Counted from the stretch's first letter, positions 1 to 10,577 are shown. The stretch: DNA of 64,000 nt from an uncultured Candidatus Rokubacteria bacterium (GCA_963754315.1 CAVWFS010000018.1:64001-128000); one strand, 5' to 3'. The notes: generated by a model from the sequence alone, not told the origin. A program made the numbers and translations.

Positions 1-1
1 G

Positions 2-1525
2 TTGGGACGGCCGGTGAAGTGGACCTGCGAGCGGCGCGAGGCGCTGCTCACCGACTACCAGAGCCGCGACCTCGTGTCGCAGGCCGAGCTGGCGCTCGAC
101 GCCGACGGCACGTTCCTGGCGTTTCGTGGCAGCAACACGAGCAACCTGGGCGCCCACGCCGTCTCGTTGACACCCCTCGCCAAGGGGGTGGCGGTGTCGT
201 CGAGCGTGTATCACATCCCCGCGTCGTCGATGCGCGCTCGCGCGGTGGTCACCAACACGTCACCGACGTGCCCCTATCGGAGCGCCGGGCGGCCCGAAGT
301 GATGTTCGTGATCGAACGGCTGATCGACCTCGCCGCGCGGCGTCACGGGTTTGATCGCGTGGCGCTACGCCGGCGCAACCTGGTCCCGGCGACGGCGCTG
401 CCGTATCGCAATCCCCTCGGGCTGATCTACGACAGCGGGGATTACGCGGCGGTTCAGGATCGGGTCGTGGCGCTCGCCGACTGGGCCGGGTTTGAGGGCC
501 GCCGAGCCCAGGCCCGCCGTCGCGGCCGATTCCGTGGGATTGGGCTGGCCAACTACATCGAGCTGAATACGGGCGTGCCGCGCGAGCGGGCCGAGATCAC
601 GCTACGCGCCGACGGCGGGATCGACGTGGTCATCGGCACGCTGTCGGCGGGGCAGGGGCACGAGACGAGCTTCGCCCAGCTCGTCGCCGAGTGGTTCGAC
701 GTGAGTATCGAGCAGGTGAGGATCATCGCCGGCGACACCGACGTGGCGCGAGTCGGCGGCGGCTCGCATTCGGGCCGCTCGATGCGTCTGGGGGCGGTGG
801 TGATGGCCAAGGCGTCCGACGAGATCGTCGACAAGGGGCGGCGGCTGGCGGCATGGCTGCTGGAAGCCGCCGAGGCCGACATCGAGTTCGTGCGTGGGCG
901 CTTCGTGGTCAAGGGCACCGGCCGAGGTGTCTCGCTGTTCGCCGCGGCGGCGGCCGCGCTCAGGCCGGACGCGCCGGAGGACTTGCGCGGACCGCTCGGT
1001 GGCGTCGGGGATGAGACCATGAGCGTGCCGTCATATCCATACGGTTCGGCCGTCTGCGAGGTCGAGGTCGATCCGGAGACGGGCCTCGTGGAGATCGTCC
1101 GCTACACGACGGTCGACGACGTCGGCCGTGCCGTCAATCCGTTGATCCTCCACGGCCAGACTCACGGCGGCATCGCCGCCGGCGTCGGCCAGGCGCTCTG
1201 GGAGCTCTGCCACTACGACGCCGTGACAGGGCAGATGGCGTCGGCGACCTTCATGGATTACCGTCTGCCGCGCGCCGACGTGTTGCCGCCGTTCACGACC
1301 GAGATCAGCGAGGTGCCGTCGACCACGAATCCCCTCGGGCTGCGCGGCGGCGGCGAAGGCGGGACAACACCCGCGCTGGGCGCGGTGATCAACGCCATCG
1401 TCGACGCCCTCGCCGACCTCGGCGTCGAACACATCGAGATGCCGGCAACGCCCGAGCGCGTCTGGCAAGCCATTCAAGCGGCCGCGCCGGCCCGGGTGAG
1501 GAGGACCGTCAGCCCTCAGCGCTGA
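2..1525 (+). CDS. Xanthine dehydrogenase/CoxL-like molybdopterin-binding large subunit (5' truncated by window edge)
   Basis: Motifs PYRSAGRPE, GQGHETSFAQ, GGSHSGRS, EVEVDPETG, GQTHGGIAAGVGQAL, LRGGGEGG; lacks the form I CO dehydrogenase AYxCSFR loop. Confidence 0.9.
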   Translation: MGRPVKWTCERREALLTDYQSRDLVSQAELALDADGTFLAFRGSNTSNLGAHAVSLTPLAKGVAVSSSVYHIPASSMRARAVVTNTSPTCPYRSAGRPEVMFVIERLIDLAARRHGFDRVALRRRNLVPATALPYRNPLGLIYDSGDYAAVQDRVVALADWAGFEGRRAQARRRGRFRGIGLANYIELNTGVPRERAEITLRADGGIDVVIGTLSAGQGHETSFAQLVAEWFDVSIEQVRIIAGDTDVARVGGGSHSGRSMRLGAVVMAKASDEIVDKGRRLAAWLLEAAEADIEFVRGRFVVKGTGRGVSLFAAAAAALRPDAPEDLRGPLGGVGDETMSVPSYPYGSAVCEVEVDPETGLVEIVRYTTVDDVGRAVNPLILHGQTHGGIAAGVGQALWELCHYDAVTGQMASATFMDYRLPRADVLPPFTTEISEVPSTTNPLGLRGGGEGGTTPALGAVINAIVDALADLGVEHIEMPATPERVWQAIQAAAPARVRRTVSPQR

Positions 1526-2067
1526 TTCAGCGCGCGGTCGGCGACCTCGACGGTCTTCTTCTCGGCGTCGAACTTCAGGGTCTTCTGGACCTCGACATCT
1601 CCGCCCGTCACCCTGATGAAGAACGTGTCGTCCCCGAACTCGATCGAGTGGATGTCACCCACAGCGAACACCGCCGCCTGACCCGGCTCGTTCAGGAACT
1701 CCTTTTGCAGCTCCACCTCGGCATAGCCGGGCCGGTTGCCGTCGTCCAGCCGTCGCCACCGGCGCATGCGGGTGGGGTTCTTGTAGTTCCCGTAGATCAC
1801 CCAGCAGGGCCCGTGATCGTGGATGGCCGACGAGCCGGCCTTCTCACGCCCGTGCACAAGCACGTGCACGTCGGTCTCGGGGTCGTGGCCGATGGTGGCG
1901 CGCATGGTGTAGGGGACAGGGTCGCCGAGGTGCTTCTTGAGCAGATCGGGGTTGTGGAGCAGCTTCTCCAGGTGATCGCGGACCTCGGCCAGCCCCGAAG
2001 GGATGCCCTTGCGCGCGATGGTCGCGCGCGTGTCGGCCAAGAACTGATCCAGCGTGTAGTGGCTCAT
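1516..2067 (-). CDS. Cysteine dioxygenase-like cupin metalloprotein
   Basis: IHDHGPCWVIYG and GDIHSI three-His cupin pattern; RBS AAGGAG upstream. Confidence 0.7.
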   Translation of the reverse strand: MSHYTLDQFLADTRATIARKGIPSGLAEVRDHLEKLLHNPDLLKKHLGDPVPYTMRATIGHDPETDVHVLVHGREKAGSSAIHDHGPCWVIYGNYKNPTRMRRWRRLDDGNRPGYAEVELQKEFLNEPGQAAVFAVGDIHSIEFGDDTFFIRVTGGDVEVQKTLKFDAEKKTVEVADRALNQR

Positions 2068-2262
2068 CGGGCCGCTCCTTTCCGCGCTGCGGGCCTTGCT
2101 CCTTCATGAAACAGCTCAACGCATCATAGCACCCAGCGCGAACGCGCTTCGAGGGATCGGCGACCTGACCCCCTCAACCCGCACGATAGATCAGCCATCG
2201 CCGATGACTCATAATGACGCGACGGATCCAGTGACCCGCTCCCTGCTCGCTCGGCTTCATCG

Positions 2263-2802
2263 GTGGCTGGTCTGAGCTCCCTCGGCGCGGCGCTGGACCG
2301 AGTGGTCAGGGCCATCGATGCCGTGAGCACAGCCGCCGGCTGGCTCGCGGGCTGGCTCATCGTGCCGATGACGTTTGCGGTGGCGTACGAGGTGGTGGCT
2401 CGCTACGCCTTCCACGCCCCGACCAAGTGGGCCTACGAAGTCACCTACATGACCTACGGCGCCCAGTTCATGCTGGCCTCGGCCTACACATTGCTCAAGG
2501 ACGGCCACATCCGGACCGACGTGTTCTATCAGGGCTGGTCGGCGAAGACGCGAGCCACGATCGATGCGCTCAGCTACGTGCTCTTCTTCTTCCCCGGGCT
2601 GCTGTTCATCCTGTACGCCGGGATCGTCGAGGCGGGGTTCGCCTGGGAGATCGGTGAGCGGACCGGGCTGAGGATCGGCAGCGTGCCGTTTCCAATGTAT
2701 CTGTTCAAGGCCGTCATCCCGCTGAGCGCGGCCCTCCTGCTGCTCCAGGGCCTCTCCGAGCTGATCCGGTGCGGGCGCGTGATCCGCGGGAGGCCCCGGT
2801 GA
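2263..2802 (+). CDS. dctQ: TRAP transporter small permease (DctQ family)
   Basis: About four TM segments, YEVVARY, GHIRTD motif; stop overlaps the next start (GTGA). Confidence 0.88.
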   Translation: MAGLSSLGAALDRVVRAIDAVSTAAGWLAGWLIVPMTFAVAYEVVARYAFHAPTKWAYEVTYMTYGAQFMLASAYTLLKDGHIRTDVFYQGWSAKTRATIDALSYVLFFFPGLLFILYAGIVEAGFAWEIGERTGLRIGSVPFPMYLFKAVIPLSAALLLLQGLSELIRCGRVIRGRPR

Positions 2803-4118
2803 GCCACGAGCTGCTCGGCTTCGTCCTGCTCGGCGTCTTCTTCGTGGCGATCTTTGCCGGATTTCCCATCGTCTTCACGCTGATGTTCCTCTCGCTCACA
2901 GTCGGCTATCTGGCGCTCGGCGACGTGATCTATTACCTGGCCGTCCTGCAGACCGTCGGACTCATGAAGGAGCAGGTCCTCGCCGCAATCCCCCTGTTCA
3001 TCTTCATGGGCTATCTCCTGGAGGAGGGCGGGCTGATGGAGCGATTGTTCCACGCCCTCCGCCTTCTGCTGGGTCCCTTGCCGGGCTCGCTCTACGTCGC
3101 CGTGCTGGTCACTGCCACCATCTTCGGAATCGCCGCCGGGACGGTGGGCGCGACGGTCGCGGTCGTCGGCATCATGGCGGCGCCGGCCATGCTCAGGGCA
3201 GGATACAGCCCTCGGCTCTCCGCCGGAGCCATCACCGCGGGCGGCAGCCTCGGTATCCTGATCCCGCCGAGCGTGATGCTGGTCGTGATGGGGCCGATGA
3301 TGGGCGTGCCGGTGATCTCCCTCTACGCCGCCTCGTTCGGTCCGGGCTTCCTGCTGGCGGGGATCTTCACCGTATGGACGATCGTCCGCTGCCTGATCGA
3401 TCCGCGCCTGGGCCCACCGCTGCCATCCGCGGAGCGCGCGCTTCCACTCCGGACGCTCGCCGGCGAGCTGATATACGGCATGCTTCCTCACGTCCTCCTG
3501 ACCGCAGTGACGCTCGGGCCCATCCTGGCCGGCATGGCCACGCCGACCGAGGCGGCCGGAGTGGGGGTGGTGGGCACGCTCATCATGGCCGCCCTCTACC
3601 GAACCTTGACCTGGACACGATTCAAGAACGCGGTGATCCAGACCGCCCAGCAGTCGAGCATGATGCTCCTGCTGGCCGTCGCCTCGAACATCTTCGGCGC
3701 GGTCTTCGCGCGTCTCGGCTCGGCCTCGCTCTTGACCGACACCATCGCCGGGCTTCCCCTGCCGCCCACGGGCACCTTGCTCGTCGTCATGCTCTTGATC
3801 TTCCTGCTCGGCTGGCCGTTCGAGTGGCCGACGCTCGTCTTCGTGTTCGTGCCTCTGCTCCAGCCCGCGATCATGGCCCTCGAGTTCGACCCCCTTTGGT
3901 TCGCGGTCCTGATCGCCGTGAACTTCCAGACGACGTTTCTGTCCCCGCCGGTGGCAACCGCGGCGTACTACCTCAAGGCCGTGGCGCCGGACTGGACGCT
4001 CACCGATATTCACTGGGGGATGGTCGAGTTCATGATGCTCCAGCTGATCGGGCTGCTGCTGGTGATGCTCTTCCCCGGGATTGCCCTGTGGTTCCCTCAC
4101 TGGCTCTACGGGAAGTGA
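2799..4118 (+). CDS. dctM: TRAP transporter large permease (DctM family)
   Basis: AIPLFIFMG, GSLGILIPPS, ATPTEAA, FLSPP motifs; GTG start at 2799. Confidence 0.92.
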   Translation: MSHELLGFVLLGVFFVAIFAGFPIVFTLMFLSLTVGYLALGDVIYYLAVLQTVGLMKEQVLAAIPLFIFMGYLLEEGGLMERLFHALRLLLGPLPGSLYVAVLVTATIFGIAAGTVGATVAVVGIMAAPAMLRAGYSPRLSAGAITAGGSLGILIPPSVMLVVMGPMMGVPVISLYAASFGPGFLLAGIFTVWTIVRCLIDPRLGPPLPSAERALPLRTLAGELIYGMLPHVLLTAVTLGPILAGMATPTEAAGVGVVGTLIMAALYRTLTWTRFKNAVIQTAQQSSMMLLLAVASNIFGAVFARLGSASLLTDTIAGLPLPPTGTLLVVMLLIFLLGWPFEWPTLVFVFVPLLQPAIMALEFDPLWFAVLIAVNFQTTFLSPPVATAAYYLKAVAPDWTLTDIHWGMVEFMMLQLIGLLLVMLFPGIALWFPHWLYGK

Positions 4119-4221
4119 CAGGTCAGCGTGTTAGAAGTACCGTAAGTCGGGCGAAGGGGAGCGTGACCAAGTAGACTCTAGGCTCTCGCGGTCGCTCGAG
4201 TCCCTGGGAGGGGAGACGCCG

Positions 4222-4908
4222 ATGGTCGAGACACTCGCAGCTGACGTTCACCCACCGTACCTGTATCCCGCCTACAGGAGCACCCAGCTCCGGGCCCCCT
4301 CGCAGCCGCCTGTGCGAGTGGCGCCGAGTCCGCTGGAGGCGGTGGGCCCGGCGTTTCCCAAGCACTTCGTGAAGGACAGCGAGGTCGATCTCACAACCTG
4401 GGGGAAGAGCGCGCCACTCGGCGAGAAGATGGTCCTCGTCGGCCGCGTGCTCGACGAGGATGGGCGGCCGGTACGGCGGTCGCTCATCGAAGTGTGGCAA
4501 GCCAACGCCTCGGGGAAATATCCGCATCCCGTGGACGATCACGAGGCGCCCCTCGATCCCAACTTCCTCGGCAAGGGGCAGTTGCTCACGGACGACGAGG
4601 GCCGTTATCGGATCGTGACGGTCAAGCCCGGCGCCTACCCGTGGCAGAACCACGCCTTTGGGTGGCGGCCCGCGCACATCCATCTCTCGCTCTTCGGGAA
4701 CGCGTACGCCCAGCGGCTCATCACGCAAATGTTCTTCCCCGGCGACCCCTTGCTGGCCATCGATCCGATCTTCAACAGCGTTCCCGAGGCCGGACGCGAG
4801 CTTCTGATTGCGGATCTCGATCTCGAGCACGGTATCGAGGGTGTCGCGCTCGGGTACCGCTTCGACATCATCCTGCGCGGGCCGCGGGCCACGCCGATGG
4901 GGGTGTGA
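4222..4908 (+). CDS. pcaH: Protocatechuate 3,4-dioxygenase beta subunit
   Basis: EVWQANASGKY, PLDPNF, KPGAYPW, WRPAHIH iron-ligand motifs. Confidence 0.95.
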   Translation: MVETLAADVHPPYLYPAYRSTQLRAPSQPPVRVAPSPLEAVGPAFPKHFVKDSEVDLTTWGKSAPLGEKMVLVGRVLDEDGRPVRRSLIEVWQANASGKYPHPVDDHEAPLDPNFLGKGQLLTDDEGRYRIVTVKPGAYPWQNHAFGWRPAHIHLSLFGNAYAQRLITQMFFPGDPLLAIDPIFNSVPEAGRELLIADLDLEHGIEGVALGYRFDIILRGPRATPMGV

Positions 4909-4910
4909 TC

Positions 4911-5459
4911 ATGGCGAAGCCCACGCCCTCGCAAACGGTCGGCCCCTTCTTTGCCCGCGAGCTCCTCTGGAGCGACGGAGGCAAGGTCCTGTTCCCCGGC
5001 CACGGCGATCGGATCACCTTGACGGGACGGGTGTTCGACGGCAATGGCGCTCCCATCGTCGATGCCCTCATGGAGACCTGGCAGGCGGACGCGGCCGGCA
5101 CATTCGCGTCGGGGAGCGATGGAGCCAGGCCATGCGGCTACGGCCGCGTGTCGACGGACACGGACGGACGATATACGATCGACACGGTCATGCCCGGATC
5201 GTTCAGGGGCCCGGGCGGCGAAACGTACGCCCCTCAGATCAGCGTGATGATTTTCGCCCGCGGACTCCTGAAGGCCGTGAGCACGCGCGTGTTCCTCGCG
5301 CCGCTCGACGCGGTCAAGGACGATCCGCTGGCTCGCGCCATCGGCGATCCCGATCGGTTGCGCACCCTGATCGCGGCTCGTGATGCGGGGGATTCGAAGG
5401 TCTATCGGTGGGATGTCCGGCTGCGGGGACCCGGCGAAGCGGTGTTCATCGAGTTCTAG
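4911..5459 (+). CDS. pcaG: Protocatechuate 3,4-dioxygenase alpha subunit
   Basis: TPSQTVGPFF, ETWQADAAG, IFARGLL, YRWDVRL; ATG 2 nt after pcaH stop. Confidence 0.92.
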   Translation: MAKPTPSQTVGPFFARELLWSDGGKVLFPGHGDRITLTGRVFDGNGAPIVDALMETWQADAAGTFASGSDGARPCGYGRVSTDTDGRYTIDTVMPGSFRGPGGETYAPQISVMIFARGLLKAVSTRVFLAPLDAVKDDPLARAIGDPDRLRTLIAARDAGDSKVYRWDVRLRGPGEAVFIEF

Positions 5460-5478
5460 CGCGAAGGCACCGATTGGC

Positions 5479-6843
5479 GTGAACCTGGTCGGCCGGAGCT
5501 TCGCCCGCGACACGTTCCTCCAGGCGTTTTCCGGCGAGGCGGTCGTACGGGCGATGCTCGATTTCGAGGGCGCGCTGGCCGCCGCCGAAGCCGAGGCTGG
5601 CGTCATTCCGCAGGAGGCCGCGCACGTCATCGGCAAGGCCTGTAGCGAGCTGAGCCTGTCGCCCGAGACCTTGGCCGTCGAGGGCAAGCGCTCGGGCTCG
5701 CTGGCGGTGCCGCTGGTCAAGGCACTCACCGAGCACGTCGCTCGGGCAGACCCGCGCGCGGCAGCGTTCGTGCACTACGGCTCGACGAGCCAGGACGTTC
5801 TCGACACCGCGCTGGTCCTGTGCCTGAAGCCGTGCCTCGTCGACGCCGACCGTGTCCTGGCCACATCGGTGAGCCACCTGGCCGATCACGCTCGGCGCCA
5901 CGCCGGCGTCGTGATGCTCGGCCGGACGCTCATGCAACCCGCCACGCCGATCACGGCCGGCCTCAAGATCGCCCGCTGGGCGGCGGCGCTCCATCGGTGC
6001 CGGTTTCGCCTCTGCGAGGCACGCGAGCGGGCCCTGTGCGTGCAGCTCGGCGGGGCTGTCGGCACCCTGGACGCCCTCGGCGGCAAGCGCACGGACGTAC
6101 GCCGGCGCGTGGCCGCGCGCTTGCGTCTGGGTGAGGCACGTGCGTGGCACGATCACCGAGACGAGCTGCTGCGCCTGATGGGCGAGCTGGCCATCGTCAC
6201 CGCGACGGTGGGCAAGGTCGCGCGTGACATCGCCCTGCTCTCACAGCCCGAGGTCGGCGAGATGCTCGAGTCTCTCCCGACAAAGGGCGTGGGCGGCTCG
6301 AGCGCGATGCCCCACAAGCGGAACCCCGTGGCCTGTCTGCAGGCGCTGGTCGCCGCTGCCCGGACGCCCGGTCTGATCTCGACGCTTTTCACCGCCGCAC
6401 TCGGTGAGCACGAGCGCGCGCTCGGCGGCTGGCAGGCCGAGCTGGTCACCATCCCTGACCTGGTCGACGCCGCCGGCAGCGCGCTCGATGCCCTCGAGCG
6501 GATCGCCGGCGGTCTCGTGGTGAACGCCGAACGGATGCAGGCCAACCTAGAATCGCTGCACGGCCTCGTGTTCTCCGAGCGCCTGGCTCGCCTGCTCGCG
6601 CGCGACACCGATCGCGCCAGTGCCCAGGCTCTCGTCGACGACTGGTCCACGGTCGCCATCGGGGAGCACCGACATCTCAGGGACATCGCGATCGCTGCCC
6701 GGCCATCGCTGACGGGAGAGATCGACGCGATGTTCTCACTCGAAGCGATCGTCACCGAGCTGGCGCCGGTCCTCGATGAGACGCTGGCCAGTCTCGCGAG
6801 CGACGGCGGAGCCAGCCACGGGGGAAGAACGAACGAGGCATAG
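5479..6843 (+). CDS. pcaB: 3-carboxy-cis,cis-muconate cycloisomerase
   Basis: HYGSTSQD, GRTLMQ, GSSAMPHKRNP fumarase/lyase signature, EHERALGGWQAE; follows pcaHG. Confidence 0.9.
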   Translation: MNLVGRSFARDTFLQAFSGEAVVRAMLDFEGALAAAEAEAGVIPQEAAHVIGKACSELSLSPETLAVEGKRSGSLAVPLVKALTEHVARADPRAAAFVHYGSTSQDVLDTALVLCLKPCLVDADRVLATSVSHLADHARRHAGVVMLGRTLMQPATPITAGLKIARWAAALHRCRFRLCEARERALCVQLGGAVGTLDALGGKRTDVRRRVAARLRLGEARAWHDHRDELLRLMGELAIVTATVGKVARDIALLSQPEVGEMLESLPTKGVGGSSAMPHKRNPVACLQALVAAARTPGLISTLFTAALGEHERALGGWQAELVTIPDLVDAAGSALDALERIAGGLVVNAERMQANLESLHGLVFSERLARLLARDTDRASAQALVDDWSTVAIGEHRHLRDIAIAARPSLTGEIDAMFSLEAIVTELAPVLDETLASLASDGGASHGGRTNEA

Positions 6844-6844
6844 G

Positions 6845-7882
6845 ATGGGGCACGTCAACCGTGTTATTCGACGAGAGTTTTTGGCGGGGATGGCCGCCTG
6901 GGGGGCGGGCGCGCTCCTCGGCCGACATCACGCGGAGGCCCAGATGGCGACAGTCAAGCCGCACCGGATCGACGTGCACCATCACCACACGCCACCGCCG
7001 TACGTCGCCGCCCTCACGGCGAGGAACATTCCGGGCCCGGTGCGTGATTGGACACCCGAGAAATCGCTAGCCGACATGGACAAGGCCGGTGTGGCGACCG
7101 CGATGACATCCATCACGACGCCCGCCCTTCGTTTTCTGGACGACGCGGGCGCACGGAAGGTGGCGCGGGAGTGCAACGACTACACGGCAAAACTGGTCGG
7201 CGACTCCAAGGGCCGCTTTGGCATGTTCGCCGCGATGCCGATGCCCTACGTCGAGGGCACCTTGCTCGAGATCGCGTACGCGCTCGATACGCTCAAGGCC
7301 GATGGCATAGCCCTCCTCACGAGCTACGGCGACAAGTGGCTCGGCGATCCGGCGTTGGCGCCGGTCATGGAGGAGCTGAACCGCCGGAAGGCGGTGGTGT
7401 ACACGCACCCCACCACGGCCAACTGCTGCGGCAATCTCATTCCGGAGGTTCCGGAGTCGATCATCGAGTGGGGGACCGACACGACGCGCACCATCGCCAG
7501 CCTGGTATTCAGTGGCACCGCCGCGCGGCTGCAGGATATGAAGATGATCTTCTCGCACGGTGGCGGCACGCTGCCATTTCTGACTGAGCGCTTCGTGCGG
7601 CTCCCGTTGACGAACAAGAGCCTGGCGCCACGCGTGCCCAACGGCGTGGAGGCGGAGCTCAGGCGTTTCTACTACGACACCGCGCAGGCGGCCCATCCAT
7701 ACGCGCTGGCGTCGCTGACCCGGCTGGTCCCGGTCTCCCAGATCGTCTTCGGCACCGATTTCCCGTATCGCACCGCCAGCGACCACGTGAAGGGGCTAAC
7801 GGACTATGGGTTCAGCGCGGCCGACTTGCAGTCAATCGATCGCGACAACGCGGTACGGCTCATGCCGCGGCTGAAGGCGTAA
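6845..7882 (+). CDS. Amidohydrolase_2 family protein (aromatic acid decarboxylase/hydratase-like) with Tat signal peptide
   Basis: RREFL twin-arginine signal, IDVHHH, YTHP, SHGGG, FYYDTA, FGTDFP. Confidence 0.82.
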   Translation: MGHVNRVIRREFLAGMAAWGAGALLGRHHAEAQMATVKPHRIDVHHHHTPPPYVAALTARNIPGPVRDWTPEKSLADMDKAGVATAMTSITTPALRFLDDAGARKVARECNDYTAKLVGDSKGRFGMFAAMPMPYVEGTLLEIAYALDTLKADGIALLTSYGDKWLGDPALAPVMEELNRRKAVVYTHPTTANCCGNLIPEVPESIIEWGTDTTRTIASLVFSGTAARLQDMKMIFSHGGGTLPFLTERFVRLPLTNKSLAPRVPNGVEAELRRFYYDTAQAAHPYALASLTRLVPVSQIVFGTDFPYRTASDHVKGLTDYGFSAADLQSIDRDNAVRLMPRLKA

Positions 7883-7926
7883 CGGCGTGAAGTGGAGGCG
7901 GTCCTGACGGGGTATACTCGCGGAGC

Positions 7927-8658
7927 ATGACCCGACATTTCGGCGTTCTGATTCCCTCCACGAACACGACGGTCGAGATGGAATGCCGGCTCTTGCCGAC
8001 AACCTACCAGGCGCATATCGGTCGCCTCAAATCGAGCGGCGGTAGTTTTTCGCCGAGCCGCGATGAGGACATCGACTATCAGTCGCGCCTGCTGGGGACG
8101 GCCAAGGTCGAGATGGTGATCCTGGCCCAGACGTCGGCAAGTCTCTTTGCCGATGACTACGACGACGTCGTCACCAAGCGGATGAGTGGCGGCGCCGGTG
8201 TTCCGGCGATCACGTCGGCGCAGGCGGTCGGCCGCGCGGTGCGGGCTCTGGGAGCGCGCCGCATCGCCATCGTGTCTCCCTATTCGGATGCCGTCAATGA
8301 ACGGGCGGCCCACTATTTCGCGACGACGCATGGGCTCGACACCATCGCCCTCGAAGGATTCGGTGCGACCGACGCGTATGCGATCGGGCAGCTCGGTCCC
8401 CAGAACGCGCGCGACGCCTTCGGGCGGGTCGATCGGCCGGAGATCGAGGTCTTCGTGGTGCCCGGGGGCAATTTCCCGACGATGTCGTCGGTGGCCGCCT
8501 GGGAGCGGGAATTCAAGAAGCCCGTGGTGACCACAAACCAAGCGTCGATGTGGGCGATGCTGCGCGCATTCAACAGCGGCGACCGCCTGCCGGCCTTCGG
8601 CCGTCTCCTGGCGGAAGTGCCGGCTCGACGCATCATAGAGGGCGCCACAACACCCTAA
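7927..8658 (+). CDS. Maleate isomerase/arylmalonate decarboxylase (Asp/Glu racemase) family protein lacking catalytic cysteines
   Basis: GVLIPSTNTTVE, ALGARRIAIVSPY, KPVVTTNQA; AQTS and PGGN at the two Cys positions. Confidence 0.82.
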   Translation: MTRHFGVLIPSTNTTVEMECRLLPTTYQAHIGRLKSSGGSFSPSRDEDIDYQSRLLGTAKVEMVILAQTSASLFADDYDDVVTKRMSGGAGVPAITSAQAVGRAVRALGARRIAIVSPYSDAVNERAAHYFATTHGLDTIALEGFGATDAYAIGQLGPQNARDAFGRVDRPEIEVFVVPGGNFPTMSSVAAWEREFKKPVVTTNQASMWAMLRAFNSGDRLPAFGRLLAEVPARRIIEGATTP

Positions 8659-8743
8659 GGCCGTTGGCGGCCCTGACACGCTGGGCAGCTGACGAACGCC
8701 GACCACGTCGGGCGGGTGTCGCGGGTCGTGCGCGACGCCCCCT

Positions 8744-10577
8744 TCACCCCTGGTGAAAGATCCGGGCGACGCGCGCCTCGAACTCCGCGATCTCACCCGA
8801 ACGGCCGGAGAGAGAGGCAAGCTGCGCCGTGAGGTAGTCCACCACAGTCGCCACCTCGGCCGCCGACGGGTCTCGCCCAAGCAGGGCGCGGTACAGGATC
8901 CGCACGTGCTGAGCGAACGTGCGCGGCGTGCGCGTGAACTCCTCGGAGTTGAGGACCGCGGCGAGCCCGGGGCTGATGTCGTCCGTCTCGTTCAGGTACT
9001 GGCTCCCTATCTGGATCTCGACCGGGTTCGCGGCGCGCCCCAGCGCCTCCTGGAAGAAGTGAGAGACGAGGGCGTCGGGCGGCATCTGCCGACGCGCCGC
9101 CATGAACTCGGGTGAGCCCAGGAACAAGGGGAGAAGCGTATTGAAGCGCACCAGTATCTCGCGGGTGTAAAAGGCCAGGCGTTCGCTGTCGGGGTCCTGG
9201 CCGAGCGCCGCGCGATAGAGGGCGGTGACGTACGCCGACGGCGTCACGGCGATCGCGCGGAAATCGGGGGAGTCGAAGAACGCGCGGATGGCTAACCATA
9301 CTCGAGCCGCCCCGGGGGCGACCCCGAGAGTGCCAAGCCATGTCTGGACCTCCGCCTCGCTCGCCGCGCGCTGCAGAACGTGGTAGTAGAGACTCTTCAC
9401 GAAGACGGTCGCGCACGAGGGGAGCTTTATCGAGCTGATGTGTTGCTGGTCCAACGCGTCCCGCGGCTGGGCGCCTGCCTCCGCGACCACGCGGTGGGCA
9501 GCCAGACAGGTGTCTTCGGTGGCGATGGGACTGGCGGCAAACGGGACTGCTCGCGTCGCCGACATGGTTGACGGCAAAGGCGGGCGGGTCGGCGCTGAAG
9601 TTCCCGCTCGCGTAGAGGTTGGCGCTCAGCGGGCCAGGCGGATTCACGAAGAGGGCCTGCTCTTGATCCCTTAGGGGGCTCGTGGGCGAGGCGTAGAAGT
9701 TATTGATGGCGTTGACCCGCGCCCCGTTCTCGACGATCGTCCCCGAGCCCCCCTGCCAGTTCGCGACGAGGTTGTTCCGGATGTCGGCGGTGGTGTCGGT
9801 GGGCGGGGTGGCGGCATTGTCGGTGCTCACGAGGGGATTGCGCTGGGTCGAGTCGGTGAAAAGATTGTGATGCAGGCTGATTCGACTGGCATTGAACTTG
9901 ATGAGCATGTTCTTGTCGAACGTGGGCGCGGCAAAAATGCTCCAGGAGACCGTGACGTCGTGCGCGGTCTCGGTGATGTCGAGGTTACCGTCCCCTGAGC
10001 CATGGATAGACACATGGTCGATCACCACGTTGTGCGCCCCGGAGGAGACCGCGATTCCGTCCGCGGGGGCGCCGCGGACCCGGATGCCGCGCACGATGAC
10101 GTCGTGAGCCCCATCGTTGCCGCGGATGAACAGGGCCCCGCCTCGGAGTGTGATGCCGGGAGGCGGGGCGGAGAACCCATCGATCGTCACGAAGGCCCCC
10201 CTCACGAGTACCATCCGCGCCAGCTCGATGACTCCTCCCACATCGAACACGATCGTGCGGTTGCCGTGTGACACGGCATCCCGAAAACTTCCCGGCCCCG
10301 CGTCATTGAGGTTCGTGACATGCACGACATCACGCCCCGATCCTCCCGGCGTGGCCGCGCCGAAACCCTCATACGCCGGGGCCTGCGCCCATGCCACGCT
10401 GGACGACCCCACCGCGACGGCGCACCATTCCAGCCCCGGAACGTGCAGAATGACGGCAAAACCCAGGAGGACTACGGTGAGGAGACGGACGGGCCCTCGA
10501 TGAAACGGCTGCGCCAGGTGCATCGCTCCTCCCCAACGTTCCGGAAGGGCGAGGAGAAGGCTGCCACGGGTACGCAT
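8744..10577 (-). CDS. Secreted pectate lyase (PL1)-like beta-helix protein with C-terminal DUF4214-like repeats; frameshift near 9543
   Basis: YEGFGAATPGG, VTNLNDAGPGSFRDA, VVIDHVSI, GDGNL, LHHNLF, RNP in ORF 8793-10577, continuing into the LYxxxLGRxP repeats of ORF 8744-9577. Confidence 0.8.

Noticed and set aside
2..1525. Aerobic CO dehydrogenase (form I CoxL)
   Set aside because: Active-site loop is YRSAGR, not AYxCSFR
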